In this document: in pieces, positions 44,708 through 54,053 of the stretch
How positions within the stretch are numbered: the stretch's first letter is position 1
How the letters are laid out: every line of letters starts with the position of its first letter
From: a virus
Lineage: Duplodnaviria; Caudoviricetes
DNA: 57,714 nt
Direction: 5' to 3' (one strand)
IMG/VR virus record: IMGVR_UViG_3300044806_000061
Span: 1 to 57,714 of that record
Position numbers and translations under genes: made by a program
Notes under the pieces: model-generated
Database searches by the model: none
What the model saw: only the letters and a program-made list of their open reading frames with translations
Told to the model about the DNA's origin: nothing

Positions 44708-45484
44708 TCAATCTTGCTTTATCGGATTCTCATAGGCGGTTACGATTTCCTGAACCAGACCTGAGCGGACGATGTCGGCTCGCTCGAACCTGACGTGCTT
44801 GACGCTCGGAATCCAGGTCAGCCGCGCGACGGCATCTTCCAGACCCGACTCGCCTCGGATGTCCTTCTGGCTCATGTCACCGTTGACGATGACTTTACAG
44901 TCGTTGCCGATGCGGGTGAGGAACATTTTCATCTGGGTGGGTGTCGTGTTCTGACCCTCATCGAGGATCACATAGGAGTTCTTGAACGTTCTGCCGCGCA
45001 TGTAAGCCAGTGGCGAGGCTTCGATTCGACCCATCTTGATGAGGTACTCCACGAACTTGGTGCCGAGACGCTCGTTGAGGACTTCGCGGAATGGTGTGAG
45101 GTATGGATCGAACTTCTCTTCCAGCTCGCCAGGTAGGAATCCTAAATGCTCACCTGCCTCAACTGCGGGGCGCGTGATGATGATCTTATCGATCTCACCG
45201 CTATCTAAAGCCTTGGCTGCGAGGGCTCCACACAACCATGTTTTGCCTGTGCCTGCGGGCCCAGTAGCTAGGGTGAGACTGAAGTTGCGAATGGCGCTGA
45301 TGTAGCGACGTTGGGATTCGTTTAAAGGTTCAATCGGCGTGCGATCTACCTTCTCGAGGATGCGAGATGCGTTGCTCTGCTCGTATTCATCTTTGGAACT
45401 TCTTGCGGGGTCTGTTTTGTTGCTGGTTCTTGTGGCTCGTCTTACTTTAGGTTTTGATGGTGCGGGGGCTTTGCGTGGAGCCAT
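44708..45484 (-). CDS. phoH: PhoH-like ATPase
   Basis: GPAGTGKT, TRPAVE..E.LGFLPG, YMRGRT, DEGQN, GD..Q.D. Confidence 0.95.
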   Translation of the reverse strand: MAPRKAPAPSKPKVRRATRTSNKTDPARSSKDEYEQSNASRILEKVDRTPIEPLNESQRRYISAIRNFSLTLATGPAGTGKTWLCGALAAKALDSGEIDKIIITRPAVEAGEHLGFLPGELEEKFDPYLTPFREVLNERLGTKFVEYLIKMGRIEASPLAYMRGRTFKNSYVILDEGQNTTPTQMKMFLTRIGNDCKVIVNGDMSQKDIRGESGLEDAVARLTWIPSVKHVRFERADIVRSGLVQEIVTAYENPIKQD

Positions 45485-45522
45485 TCAAGTGTCCTCTATC
45501 AAAAGAATTATCAACAAAGGAC

Positions 45523-45551
45523 ACTATAACTCACTGGTGACTGTTACTCAA
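45523..45551 (-). promoter_or_regulatory. promoter TTGAGT-N17-TATAGT with operator in the spacer
   Basis: palindrome ACTCA-CTGG-TGACT 45529-45542. Confidence 0.65.
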
Positions 45552-45558
45552 TATAAGG

Positions 45559-46848
45559 TTAGTATTTAATGAGCTTGACAGATGCATCATCCTTCTCATC
45601 TTCTTCACGATAATACCAATGACCACCCGATACAGCAAAGTCTGTAATAGGAATGTAATCGAAGTTTGTTGCTTTCGTATGCGTGTCGATGTTGATGAGT
45701 GCAAAGCCGTTGTGCCAGCGTTCGCCTTCACAGTAGGTTGCGCTTCTCTTGTGACCGCCACCGAGCTGATGCCATTCGTAACCGCCGAAGAACGGGCTGA
45801 ACTGCGACCACACCTGATGGCGATGATGGTGGCCATTCACGCCTGGCATGCCCATGTCTCGAGCGTGCGGAAAGTGATGGCAAAGAACGGTGTTGAAGTA
45901 AATCTTGTAGTTGTTCGCCAGCTCTTTCTTGAAGTCCTTGTTCGTGAACGCTCCAAGGTCGGCTTTGGCGATGTAGTTGATCTCGAACTGCTCGAGCCCC
46001 AGTAACTTACCTACCGTAAACCCGTGCAGATCGGACAGTACCGCTCTAAGGGCGGGAGTGGCATCCGCGAGCTGTCGAAGCAGCCGTGCCTCATGGTTGC
46101 CCTCAATGAAGTCGATCTGCGTGTCAGGGCATGCCATACGCAGTGGGCCGAGAATGTTCTCGTGGGCGAACTTAATGCGGCCTACGACATCCCACTCGCG
46201 TGGATCTACGCCGTATTTGCCAAACTCAGGCAGGTCAAAAATATCGCCTACGAGAACAATTACGTCTGGTTGGACTCTGCGAGCCGTGTCGATTAGCACT
46301 CGTAGGTAGAAGAGGTCGATTTCAATATCGTGAAGGTCGGAGCAAACAAGCATCGTCTTGAAGCGATTGCCGTTCTCACGGATGTACTTGCCTTCCCAGT
46401 CTTGGCGCTCCACGTTCATCGCTCGGTAGTGATCTACAGAGGCGTGTCGTGCGATTGCTCTTTCATGAGCGTGCTGTTGACGGGTTAACTTGACCCCCGC
46501 CTGGCGCTTGAACTCTTCGAACGTACCGAAATAGCCTGACCATACCGATTCGGCAAACAAGCCGTTGACACGGTAGTAGTTCCTGCTGATGGCGATCTCT
46601 GGGTTGCGTATAGCGATGCCACGAAGGTCATCTACGCATTGCTCTCGTGTACCTTGCTTTGATTTGGGAATGAGCGTCTCGGACAGAGGCGCTTCTGTAT
46701 GAACGAATCCGTGATGAGGGACTTTGATCTTCTCTGGTTTCGATTCTTTTGGCTTAACTTGAGCTTGACTCTTAGCTTTTGGAGGTCTACCCCTCCCTTT
46801 CGCACTCTTAGCCGCCACAGAAGGCTTCTTTGATGGTTTTGCCGACAT
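45559..46848 (-). CDS. metallophosphoesterase with basic N-terminal extension
   Basis: SDLH, GDIFD, GNHE, GHHH; GAGGAG RBS before MSAKPS. Confidence 0.85.
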   Translation of the reverse strand: MSAKPSKKPSVAAKSAKGRGRPPKAKSQAQVKPKESKPEKIKVPHHGFVHTEAPLSETLIPKSKQGTREQCVDDLRGIAIRNPEIAISRNYYRVNGLFAESVWSGYFGTFEEFKRQAGVKLTRQQHAHERAIARHASVDHYRAMNVERQDWEGKYIRENGNRFKTMLVCSDLHDIEIDLFYLRVLIDTARRVQPDVIVLVGDIFDLPEFGKYGVDPREWDVVGRIKFAHENILGPLRMACPDTQIDFIEGNHEARLLRQLADATPALRAVLSDLHGFTVGKLLGLEQFEINYIAKADLGAFTNKDFKKELANNYKIYFNTVLCHHFPHARDMGMPGVNGHHHRHQVWSQFSPFFGGYEWHQLGGGHKRSATYCEGERWHNGFALINIDTHTKATNFDYIPITDFAVSGGHWYYREEDEKDDASVKLIKY

Positions 46849-46909
46849 ACATTCTCCTCGTAAGACCCTTACGAACATTCTGCTTAGGTCATTCATTACT
46901 GACTGATCT

Positions 46910-47578
46910 TTATCCTTGTGAAAAGACCTTCAATCCTGCTTGAAACAAACTTCTGCGTTCAGCCAATCCGTGTTCTCCACCGTTGACCTTCTTGCTTATA
47001 GCGTCAATTGATTGGGCGTCTGCTAAAACGTTCAGGCGGTTTATGTCCCAAAACCAACCAGCCGACATTGCGGCATAAGGTTTTGTAAGCAGTAAATCTG
47101 GATTTCCAATTAAATCAATATTCAATCCCTTACCGCAGGCTTGATAGTTATTTTTGCCCGTAAGCTGAATGAGTCCTCTGCCTCGGTACTTGTAGCCCTC
47201 ACCTGTCGGTATAGGGCCGTTGCCAAGTCTACCGCCGTAGCTGAGGTTGGCGATGTCGGCAGGACGACCGCCGTAGAAGCTGGCGTTGTACTTACCATCT
47301 GAGAATTGAGGAATGTCAAGGCCCTCACCAGCGAAGGGCTTGCGATAGCGGTTAGGCCAAACGCGAACCAGTGTGTCAGCTCGGTAATTGAGGTTCTCCT
47401 CCACTGCTGTCAGGCGTGCAGATTCAACACCTACTTGAGCGAGAAAGGCAGCCACTCGAGCGGGGCTTGTGATGCTGTAGCGTTCAATAGCATTTTGAAG
47501 AGGCGTAACCCACTGCGATGCTTGTAGGTTTGTGGCGCCCGTCGCAGTTGCTATCGACGATGCGTTCAGGAGGATCAT
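46910..47578 (-). CDS. GH19 (chitinase-like) endolysin
   Basis: AAFLAQ..ES...EENLNY, G.KYRGRGLIQLTGK.NY, SAGWFW, NGG.HGL.ER. Confidence 0.9.
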   Translation of the reverse strand: MILLNASSIATATGATNLQASQWVTPLQNAIERYSITSPARVAAFLAQVGVESARLTAVEENLNYRADTLVRVWPNRYRKPFAGEGLDIPQFSDGKYNASFYGGRPADIANLSYGGRLGNGPIPTGEGYKYRGRGLIQLTGKNNYQACGKGLNIDLIGNPDLLLTKPYAAMSAGWFWDINRLNVLADAQSIDAISKKVNGGEHGLAERRSLFQAGLKVFSQG

Positions 47579-47913
47579 TATTTTGCGGTGGTAACGATTA
47601 AGTAGATTGCGTGACCAATACCGTAGAGAATTCCGCTTCCTAATACAGTCCATGCGACTGAGATTGATTTAGCGGCAGTGTCTTGTCTTGCTTTAGCCGT
47701 AGCGACCGCAAGCTCTAATGCCGTTTGGCGACGATCCATGACTTCGATTCGGTCAAGAATCTTAATCATCGTTGTTGAGATAGTCTGATGCTTCTCCTCA
47801 AGAACAGCAATCTTCGTAAGCGCCTCGGCGATCTTAGACATGCTGGACTTCATGTCGGCGATGTCTGTTTGTATCCGTTCGAAGTTTTGTTCAATCATCT
47901 TTTCGCCTGACAT
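47578..47913 (-). CDS. holin-like protein (coiled coil + C-terminal TM)
   Basis: topology; coupled to endolysin. Confidence 0.55.
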   Translation of the reverse strand: MSGEKMIEQNFERIQTDIADMKSSMSKIAEALTKIAVLEEKHQTISTTMIKILDRIEVMDRRQTALELAVATAKARQDTAAKSISVAWTVLGSGILYGIGHAIYLIVTTAK

Positions 47914-48016
47914 GAGAGGTACTTTCTATCAATAGGAATTTGCCTCGATAATACACTACATTTAGTCATTAGTGAAGTATCAAGGCAAACTATTTATAAT
48001 CCTTATATAAGGTTTA

Positions 48017-48268
48017 CTAGCTCATTTTTTCATCTTTAACCTTATCGTCGTCCGGCTTCTCTTCCTTGCCCATATCAGGGGCTTGCGGTGGCGTGGGTTG
48101 ATGAGCCTGAAGCTGTTGGACGATCTGCCCTTCCAGCTTGTTCATAACCACTCGAGACGCCTTTGCAGGCAGCTCATTGAGAGCGTTCATGATCGCTTCG
48201 ACCTCTTGCCCCGTCAGTGAATGAAATCCAAACGTAACTTCCTGTTGTGCTTGTTGTTGCTGTTCCAT
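48017..48268 (-). CDS. hypothetical protein
   Basis: AGGAG RBS; L.ELP motif often seen after fibre genes. Confidence 0.6.
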   Translation of the reverse strand: MEQQQQAQQEVTFGFHSLTGQEVEAIMNALNELPAKASRVVMNKLEGQIVQQLQAHQPTPPQAPDMGKEEKPDDDKVKDEKMS

Positions 48269-48283
48269 GCTTTTCTCCTGATA

Positions 48284-48297
48284 AGTCATTAATGACT
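48284..48297. promoter_or_regulatory. operator AGTCA-TTAA-TGACT
   Basis: perfect palindrome, intergenic, downstream of TATAAT. Confidence 0.65.
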
Positions 48298-48324
48298 GTG
48301 TATTATAGCGGGATCTTTCTTGGG

Positions 48325-48624
48325 TTATTTGCTCAGGCTTGCCTTCATTTCAGCGATCTCGTGATAATCCACTGGTTCATTCTCGACGGCTGGATTCTTC
48401 AAGGCGCCCGATTCGATGTCTCTAGTGATCCAGGTTGTTAAGTTTTCGAGCGTCTTGAGCTGAAGTTCTTCAGTGAACTCCATTCCCAAGTCTGCAAGTA
48501 AACGCCGTGAACCAGGAATCACCAGCTTCAAGTTATAGTCGGATTCATGAACGACGTCCAGGTGCGAAAACCTGATTCTTGCGTCGCCAGTTTCAACATT
48601 GTGGCTTAAGATTTCTACATTCAT
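48325..48624 (-). CDS. hypothetical protein, possible fibre assembly factor
   Basis: coupled to fibre gene. Confidence 0.55.
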   Translation of the reverse strand: MNVEILSHNVETGDARIRFSHLDVVHESDYNLKLVIPGSRRLLADLGMEFTEELQLKTLENLTTWITRDIESGALKNPAVENEPVDYHEIAEMKASLSK

Positions 48625-51059
48625 TTTACTAATCCCTTAATAATTGCTTCGAGTTGAATAATTCTCTCTTCGAGTTGAGCTACTTTATCATCCGTCATTT
48701 TAGACGCAACCGCTAGAACCGCAGTTGTTTCGCCGTAATCCACTGACAATGTGCCTGTACCTGTAGCTAGTTTAAATGCATCGTCTTGGGCTTCTTGAAC
48801 AAACTCATCACAGCCACCCTCTTTCAAGTACTGAGCGCCGTAACCGATTCTGGTGCGACCATCACGTTCATACTTAATGGCTGATTTAGCCAAGGTGTCT
48901 CGACGCTGTATTGGGTTATCAATCTCACGTACATTGTCTTTTAGGCGTAAGTCGGAATATGCAGTGACGTTTCCAGCAAATGTCACGTTGCCTGATAAAT
49001 CAGACTGGGTCATCCAGACGCCACTGGCGGCGTTGTAGTGGCCCCAAGTACTGCCGTTAGACATCCAAATACAGTTGTTTGAATTGTTAATACTCCAGCC
49101 TGTCCAACCGTTTAAGCCTGTTCCATAAACGGTGTTGTTACCATACGAGACGGAGCCATCTGCGGGCCAAATACCACGACCATAGGTTGCGTAGTAAAGA
49201 CCACTCTGTCCCGAGGAGCGGAACCAGCCATCAGAACCATTCGTTGCCGCAGGGCCAGTTAAGTAGCCTGCGGAAGTTGCAGAGCCGGCGCTACCAGCAT
49301 AGTTAACGGATTGACTGCCGATGTTGTTGGAGTTGATGTATGTAACCCAACCGCTCCATGTACCACCAGTAACGTTTCTAGTTTTTAAGACGTTGGCGTT
49401 ATCTTCCCAACCCCAAGCGATCTGAGTACCCCAGTAGTTACTGGTGTTTGTGTGTCGGAGGTTTTGATAGAACCACCAGCTACCGCCAGGCCCGTTAGTG
49501 GCCCCTGCTGTGTCACCTGTGTAGCGGAAACTTCCCGCTGGCGTGTTATTGAAATCAGTATTCACATTGCCAGAAGAGGTTGCATTACTGATGTAGTTGC
49601 TTGAATTCAATGCTGTAGCTGTGCCGCCGTTTGCCGGGGCAGAACCAGCTGTGCTGGCGTAGGCAGAATTGCCACTAATACTGATACCCCAGGTTCCACT
49701 AGCTCCTGAGCCTGTTGCATTTGGAGGTGTGAAGCCTAACGCCGTCGTAACGTCGGATGAAGTTAATGTGATTGCGCCTGTGCGAGTATTGAACGAAGCT
49801 ACCCCACCACCTGAGCCACTAGCGGCGGCAGTAACACGACCCTGTGCGTCTACTGTGATGTTGGCGTTGGTGTAAGAGCCTGCTGATACGGCTGTGTTTG
49901 CTAGGGCAATTGTGCCTGAGCCAGTGATCGTTCCGCCAGACAGCCCCGTACCAGCAACGATGCTCGTTACTGTTCCCGTATTAGTTGTATAGCCCGATGG
50001 GTTTGTGGCGAGGTAGAAAGCGCTGGCATGGCTTCCATCAAGCGTATCTGCGTCTAGCCCTGTCCCGGCTCCATCGACGGTCTTGATCGCGTCTAAGAGG
50101 TTCTGAGCCGTTACAACGCCCGTATAGCTTCCAACGCTGTCTACTGCTCCTGATGTGATGTAAACGTAAGCTGAGCCACTCCAGCGATAAGTCTTGTTCG
50201 TGTCTAGGGCGACGTAAATCTTTCCAGTCTCACCTGTTCCTGGGAAGCCTGCTAGGTTGGCGTACTCGAGTACGTCATCGACGTAACTAGGCAACCTGGC
50301 GGCATCAAAGACGCCACTGGTAATCTTAGAAGCGTCCAGTGCTGGGATGTCAGTTGAAGCTAGAGTGGCGCCTACTGTAGCTCTACCCTTAGCGTCTACT
50401 GTTAGTTTGGTGTATGTACCAGCAGTCACTCCTGAGTTAGCGAGCGTGACGGCAATAGCTGTTGAACCTGAGCCGGAGGCGTCACCCGACAGTGTGACGG
50501 TCTGGTTTGCGGTCAAGTAGGACGCGGTGTCGAGCGACCATGTGTTTGCGGCGGTTTTTCTTAATAGCCCTGTAGTGCCTGCTAATGCCGCAATAGCGGT
50601 CAAGTCGGCATCGATGGGTTGATAGGTCGAAGCCGCAGTCGTTGTTTTGAGATAACCTTGCCCGATTACATAGGCTGTTGTGGCAACCTGAGTGGTGTTG
50701 GTATCCGCTGCCGCTGTAGGAGCCGCCGGGGTGCCTGTAAAGGTCGGTGAGGCTAAGTTTGCCTTGAGGTTAAGTGCGGTCTGCTGTGCGGTTGATACGG
50801 GCTTGCTTGCGTCGGATGTATTGTCGACGTTTCCTAAACCAACATCGCCTTTGACGAGAGTTACGACGCCCGTCTTACCAGCGACACTTTGTACGGCTCC
50901 GGCTGCGCTTGAACCTACGACAATGACCGTTCCACCAGCGTCCTTGGTGTAGAGTTTCTGGTCTGCGAGATTTACCGCTAACTCGCCAACAACCAAGTCG
51001 GTCGCCAGTGGGGTTTTAGCCGCAACTGACGACTTCTTGAGAATGATCTTATTTGCCAT
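48621..51059 (-). CDS. tail fibre protein with C-terminal intramolecular chaperone (peptidase S74-like)
   Basis: G/T/S-rich; GELAVN..D.KLY; TVDAKGR repeats; GLDADTLDG; AYSDLRLKDN. Confidence 0.85.
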   Translation of the reverse strand: MANKIILKKSSVAAKTPLATDLVVGELAVNLADQKLYTKDAGGTVIVVGSSAAGAVQSVAGKTGVVTLVKGDVGLGNVDNTSDASKPVSTAQQTALNLKANLASPTFTGTPAAPTAAADTNTTQVATTAYVIGQGYLKTTTAASTYQPIDADLTAIAALAGTTGLLRKTAANTWSLDTASYLTANQTVTLSGDASGSGSTAIAVTLANSGVTAGTYTKLTVDAKGRATVGATLASTDIPALDASKITSGVFDAARLPSYVDDVLEYANLAGFPGTGETGKIYVALDTNKTYRWSGSAYVYITSGAVDSVGSYTGVVTAQNLLDAIKTVDGAGTGLDADTLDGSHASAFYLATNPSGYTTNTGTVTSIVAGTGLSGGTITGSGTIALANTAVSAGSYTNANITVDAQGRVTAAASGSGGGVASFNTRTGAITLTSSDVTTALGFTPPNATGSGASGTWGISISGNSAYASTAGSAPANGGTATALNSSNYISNATSSGNVNTDFNNTPAGSFRYTGDTAGATNGPGGSWWFYQNLRHTNTSNYWGTQIAWGWEDNANVLKTRNVTGGTWSGWVTYINSNNIGSQSVNYAGSAGSATSAGYLTGPAATNGSDGWFRSSGQSGLYYATYGRGIWPADGSVSYGNNTVYGTGLNGWTGWSINNSNNCIWMSNGSTWGHYNAASGVWMTQSDLSGNVTFAGNVTAYSDLRLKDNVREIDNPIQRRDTLAKSAIKYERDGRTRIGYGAQYLKEGGCDEFVQEAQDDAFKLATGTGTLSVDYGETTAVLAVASKMTDDKVAQLEERIIQLEAIIKGLVK

Positions 51060-51076
51060 AGGTATAGACCCAGTTT

Positions 51077-51096
51077 AGCCCTATATGTATAGGGCT
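51077..51096. other. near-perfect palindrome between fibre genes
   Basis: AGCCCTATA-TG-TATAGGGCT. Confidence 0.45.
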
Positions 51097-51103
51097 TTAG
51101 TTA

Positions 51104-52972
51104 TTAGAATGTTCCGCCGTCGATAGTGATTCCATCAAAGGTTGTGAGGTTGGTGATCGAGCCGCCTGTAACCGCAACGTTACTTGCCGCTTGTGTCGCC
51201 ATTGTGTCTAAGCCCAATGTTGCACGAGCCGTCGCCGCATCTGCGTCATCCAACAATGTTCTTGCGAACGATGTGAATGTGGCTACTGCGAATACGTCTG
51301 CACCAGTAGCGTAGATCAAGCGATCAGCCGCAGTTGTTACACCAGCCAAGGCTGTCAATGTCGCATCAAGAGGCTGTGCATCAGTGATGCCATAGCCAGA
51401 CAATGTGGTCGGGTTTGAACCAGCCGTTACACGACCATAGGTATCGACCGTTACCGACTTGTATGTGCCGGCCGAAACGATGCCTGATGCCAAGTCAATG
51501 CTGTCAGCGTTAGCTACGATACGACCCGCTGTTCCAACTACATCGATTGTGTTGCCAGTCTTTGTTAAACCAGCTCCAGCGGAAATCTGACCAGCGCCAG
51601 AGAATTGTTGGAAAGCGATTGGTGTTGTGCCTAATGTGCCGCCTGCTTCAACGGTACACACGAAGCCCATGTCGGCGTTGACCGTACCGGCTTCCGCAAA
51701 TACGTAAGCGCCTGGCAATTCAGCCCAACTATCCGCGTCGAGCGAGCGTGACCATGCACCAGCCGCTACAACGTAGATACCGTTGGCGGTTGTGGTTGTT
51801 TGGTCTTTAACGAGAACGCGATCGCCAGCCACCAGTGCAACGCCGTCGATTGTCATTGTTCCTGACAAAGAGGCGACGTTGGCTACGGTAGCTGCCTTAA
51901 CGGACTGCTTAGGATCGAGACCTTGAACTGTGAGGTCAACGTAGTTCTTAGTGGCCGCATCTTGAGCGTTGACTGGATCAGCCAAGCCTGTGAGGTTTTG
52001 GCTGTTCATGCTGACCGACGCTGTAGGCGCGGCCATCTGGTCTAAACGGCTTGTGCGAACTTGTATGTCGAAGTCAGAAATCTTGGCCGCTGTGAGCGTT
52101 GGGATGTCTGATGCAGATAAAGTTGTTCCAGCAGTTACGCGACCTTTTGCGTCAGTAGTGACTTTGGTGTATGTGCCGGCAGTACCGACAGAAGCCAATG
52201 TGGTGCTAATCGCAGTTGTGCCTGAGCCAGATACGTCACCAGAAACAGTGATGCTCTGGTTTTGAGTAATGTATCCTTGGGCCTTAACAAACGCTGTGGT
52301 GGCAATTGTTGTGCTGTTATCAGTAGTGATTGCTGTTGGCGCCGCTGGAGTACCTGTAAAGGTAGGAGAAGCCAGAGGAGCGCGTGTGGTATCAGTTGCG
52401 TGAACGTGGTCGGCTCGAGCGTACTTGAGCGATGTTCCAATAGCTACAGCACCGTTCATTAACGGGTTGGTAGCGGACGCTTGACCTGTTACGAAGGCAG
52501 TTGTAGCGAGCTGTGTTGTGACCGTATCAGCGGCGGCTGTTGGAGCCGCTGGTGTACCAGTGAACGTAGGCGACGCTACAGCGGCGCGACTTGTATCTGT
52601 GCCGTGAACGTGGTCTGCACGGGCATACTTCAAAGATGAACCGATAGCGGCTGTGCCGTTAACGATAGGTGTTGTTGAGGAAGCCTGACCTAATACATAA
52701 GCGGTTGTCGCCAACTGAGTTGTACTGGTATCTGCTGACGCTGTTGGCGCTGTTGGAGTGCCAGTTAGAGCTGGGCTGGCTAAAGGAGCGTATGTTCCAG
52801 GACCCGCAATAGCGATGACAGTCGTAGCTGAACCACCAGCACCACCAGTTCCTTTACCAATGTAAAGGGTATCGTCTTGTTCGTTGTACGCTAATTCTGC
52901 GTTCTGTAGCGAGGCGGGGGCGCCTGCGGCTCCACCTGCGGCACGGCGTTTGATTCGTAAAGTATTGCTCAT
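51104..52972 (-). CDS. tail fibre protein
   Basis: three ASP.(F/L)TGTP.APTA....T..ATTA(F/Y)V repeats; DAATKNYVD; GDRVLVKDQ....NGIY; ends IDGGTF. Confidence 0.85.
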   Translation of the reverse strand: MSNTLRIKRRAAGGAAGAPASLQNAELAYNEQDDTLYIGKGTGGAGGSATTVIAIAGPGTYAPLASPALTGTPTAPTASADTSTTQLATTAYVLGQASSTTPIVNGTAAIGSSLKYARADHVHGTDTSRAAVASPTFTGTPAAPTAAADTVTTQLATTAFVTGQASATNPLMNGAVAIGTSLKYARADHVHATDTTRAPLASPTFTGTPAAPTAITTDNSTTIATTAFVKAQGYITQNQSITVSGDVSGSGTTAISTTLASVGTAGTYTKVTTDAKGRVTAGTTLSASDIPTLTAAKISDFDIQVRTSRLDQMAAPTASVSMNSQNLTGLADPVNAQDAATKNYVDLTVQGLDPKQSVKAATVANVASLSGTMTIDGVALVAGDRVLVKDQTTTTANGIYVVAAGAWSRSLDADSWAELPGAYVFAEAGTVNADMGFVCTVEAGGTLGTTPIAFQQFSGAGQISAGAGLTKTGNTIDVVGTAGRIVANADSIDLASGIVSAGTYKSVTVDTYGRVTAGSNPTTLSGYGITDAQPLDATLTALAGVTTAADRLIYATGADVFAVATFTSFARTLLDDADAATARATLGLDTMATQAASNVAVTGGSITNLTTFDGITIDGGTF

Positions 52973-52988
52973 GTTTTAACTCCTTTAA

Positions 52989-53414
52989 CTATGTCCACGA
53001 TTTGTTTCTAAGTACCGAACTAATCATTACTTGTGAAACATTAAATTTTTCTGCAATTTCTGCTTGTGATGCTGTTCTTTCTAAACTTCTGATTTCTGCT
53101 ACTTTTTCTTCACTTAACTTTACGCATTTGCGATTTCTCGATTGCGTCAATGCGGATGCCCAACGACAATTGCTTGGCTCATAATTTCCAGCCGAATCGA
53201 TTCTATCGATTGAGTCCTCTAGCTTTGGCAAACCCATGTCGCTTAAAAACGTTTCAAACCTTTCCCAACTTTTGCAAATTTTCACAGAAGCGTAATTTGC
53301 CTCACCTTTTTCTAGTCTGGGACTTCTAATTCGCCTGCGCATTCCAACCCATGTTTCATACGCCTTTGCTGTTTCCGCGCCAAACTCGTAATATAGGCGT
53401 TGCTTCCTGTTCAT
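52989..53414 (-). CDS. HNH homing endonuclease with C-terminal HTH
   Basis: W.RFE.FL.DMG; SIDRID..GNYEP.NCRWA...Q..N. Confidence 0.85.
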   Translation of the reverse strand: MNRKQRLYYEFGAETAKAYETWVGMRRRIRSPRLEKGEANYASVKICKSWERFETFLSDMGLPKLEDSIDRIDSAGNYEPSNCRWASALTQSRNRKCVKLSEEKVAEIRSLERTASQAEIAEKFNVSQVMISSVLRNKSWT

Positions 53415-53623
53415 CAGAAATTTCCACCATCAGTCAGTTGTGTTTGCGGTTTATTTACCCAGGTTCCGTTCTTAACCGCCAATACATCATCGTCTCCGAT
53501 GTTGCTGACAACTACGCCGAAACCTCCAATAGTGCTAGGGCCAGGTGGCCCCTGCGTCGATTCGGATAAAACTTCCGTAACAACGACTTCCTCCAGGATG
53601 ATTTCTGTATCGCACGTGGCCAT
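53414..53623 (-). CDS. small virion-associated protein
   Basis: QGPPGP; ends DGGNF. Confidence 0.65.
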   Translation of the reverse strand: MATCDTEIILEEVVVTEVLSESTQGPPGPSTIGGFGVVVSNIGDDDVLAVKNGTWVNKPQTQLTDGGNF

Positions 53624-53625
53624 GA

Positions 53626-53970
53626 TTAATCCTTCGTTACGGCTGGAGAGACCATTAACTTCCCTTGTGCCAGGCGAATATCTGTGCCGTCTGGCGCTGT
53701 TAAAACGATGTCATAGACACCGCCTTTCAAACTTGCTGTGTCGTTCGAAGAAATATTCAGCTCGATCACCCCAGCAGTAGATAAGCTCATTCTGCCGTTT
53801 ACTGTAGATAATTCGTACAGTACAGTATTGCTTGTATAGGTTTCGCGGATTTGCATCTTTCCCGTGTAACCGCCTAAGTTAATAACTCGACGGTTCTTAT
53901 CCCGCCAAATCAGGCGCTTTCTGTACGTCGCTTCTTGTTCGACTGTGAGATTTAGCTTTGCGGCGGGCAT
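53626..53970 (-). CDS. tail-associated protein
   Basis: NL..EQ.AT, NL.GYT..MQIR, VYD, G...VSP.VT. Confidence 0.7.
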   Translation of the reverse strand: MPAAKLNLTVEQEATYRKRLIWRDKNRRVINLGGYTGKMQIRETYTSNTVLYELSTVNGRMSLSTAGVIELNISSNDTASLKGGVYDIVLTAPDGTDIRLAQGKLMVSPAVTKD

Positions 53971-54014
53971 GGGTTCCTCAAATTTATCGGCAATTTTATT
54001 GTACATACTCCTAT

Positions 54015-54043
54015 ATTGTCAAGTCATTACTGACTTATTGCAA
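54015..54043 (-). promoter_or_regulatory. promoter TTGCAA-N17-GACAAT with perfect operator in the spacer
   Basis: AAGTCA-TTAC-TGACTT, core 54022-54035. Confidence 0.65.
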
Positions 54044-54053
54044 TGATAACATT

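Noticed and set aside
47990-47998. T4-type late promoter TATAAATA
   Set aside because: Single occurrence noticed in an AT-rich spacer, and no gp55/gp33/gp45 set in the window.
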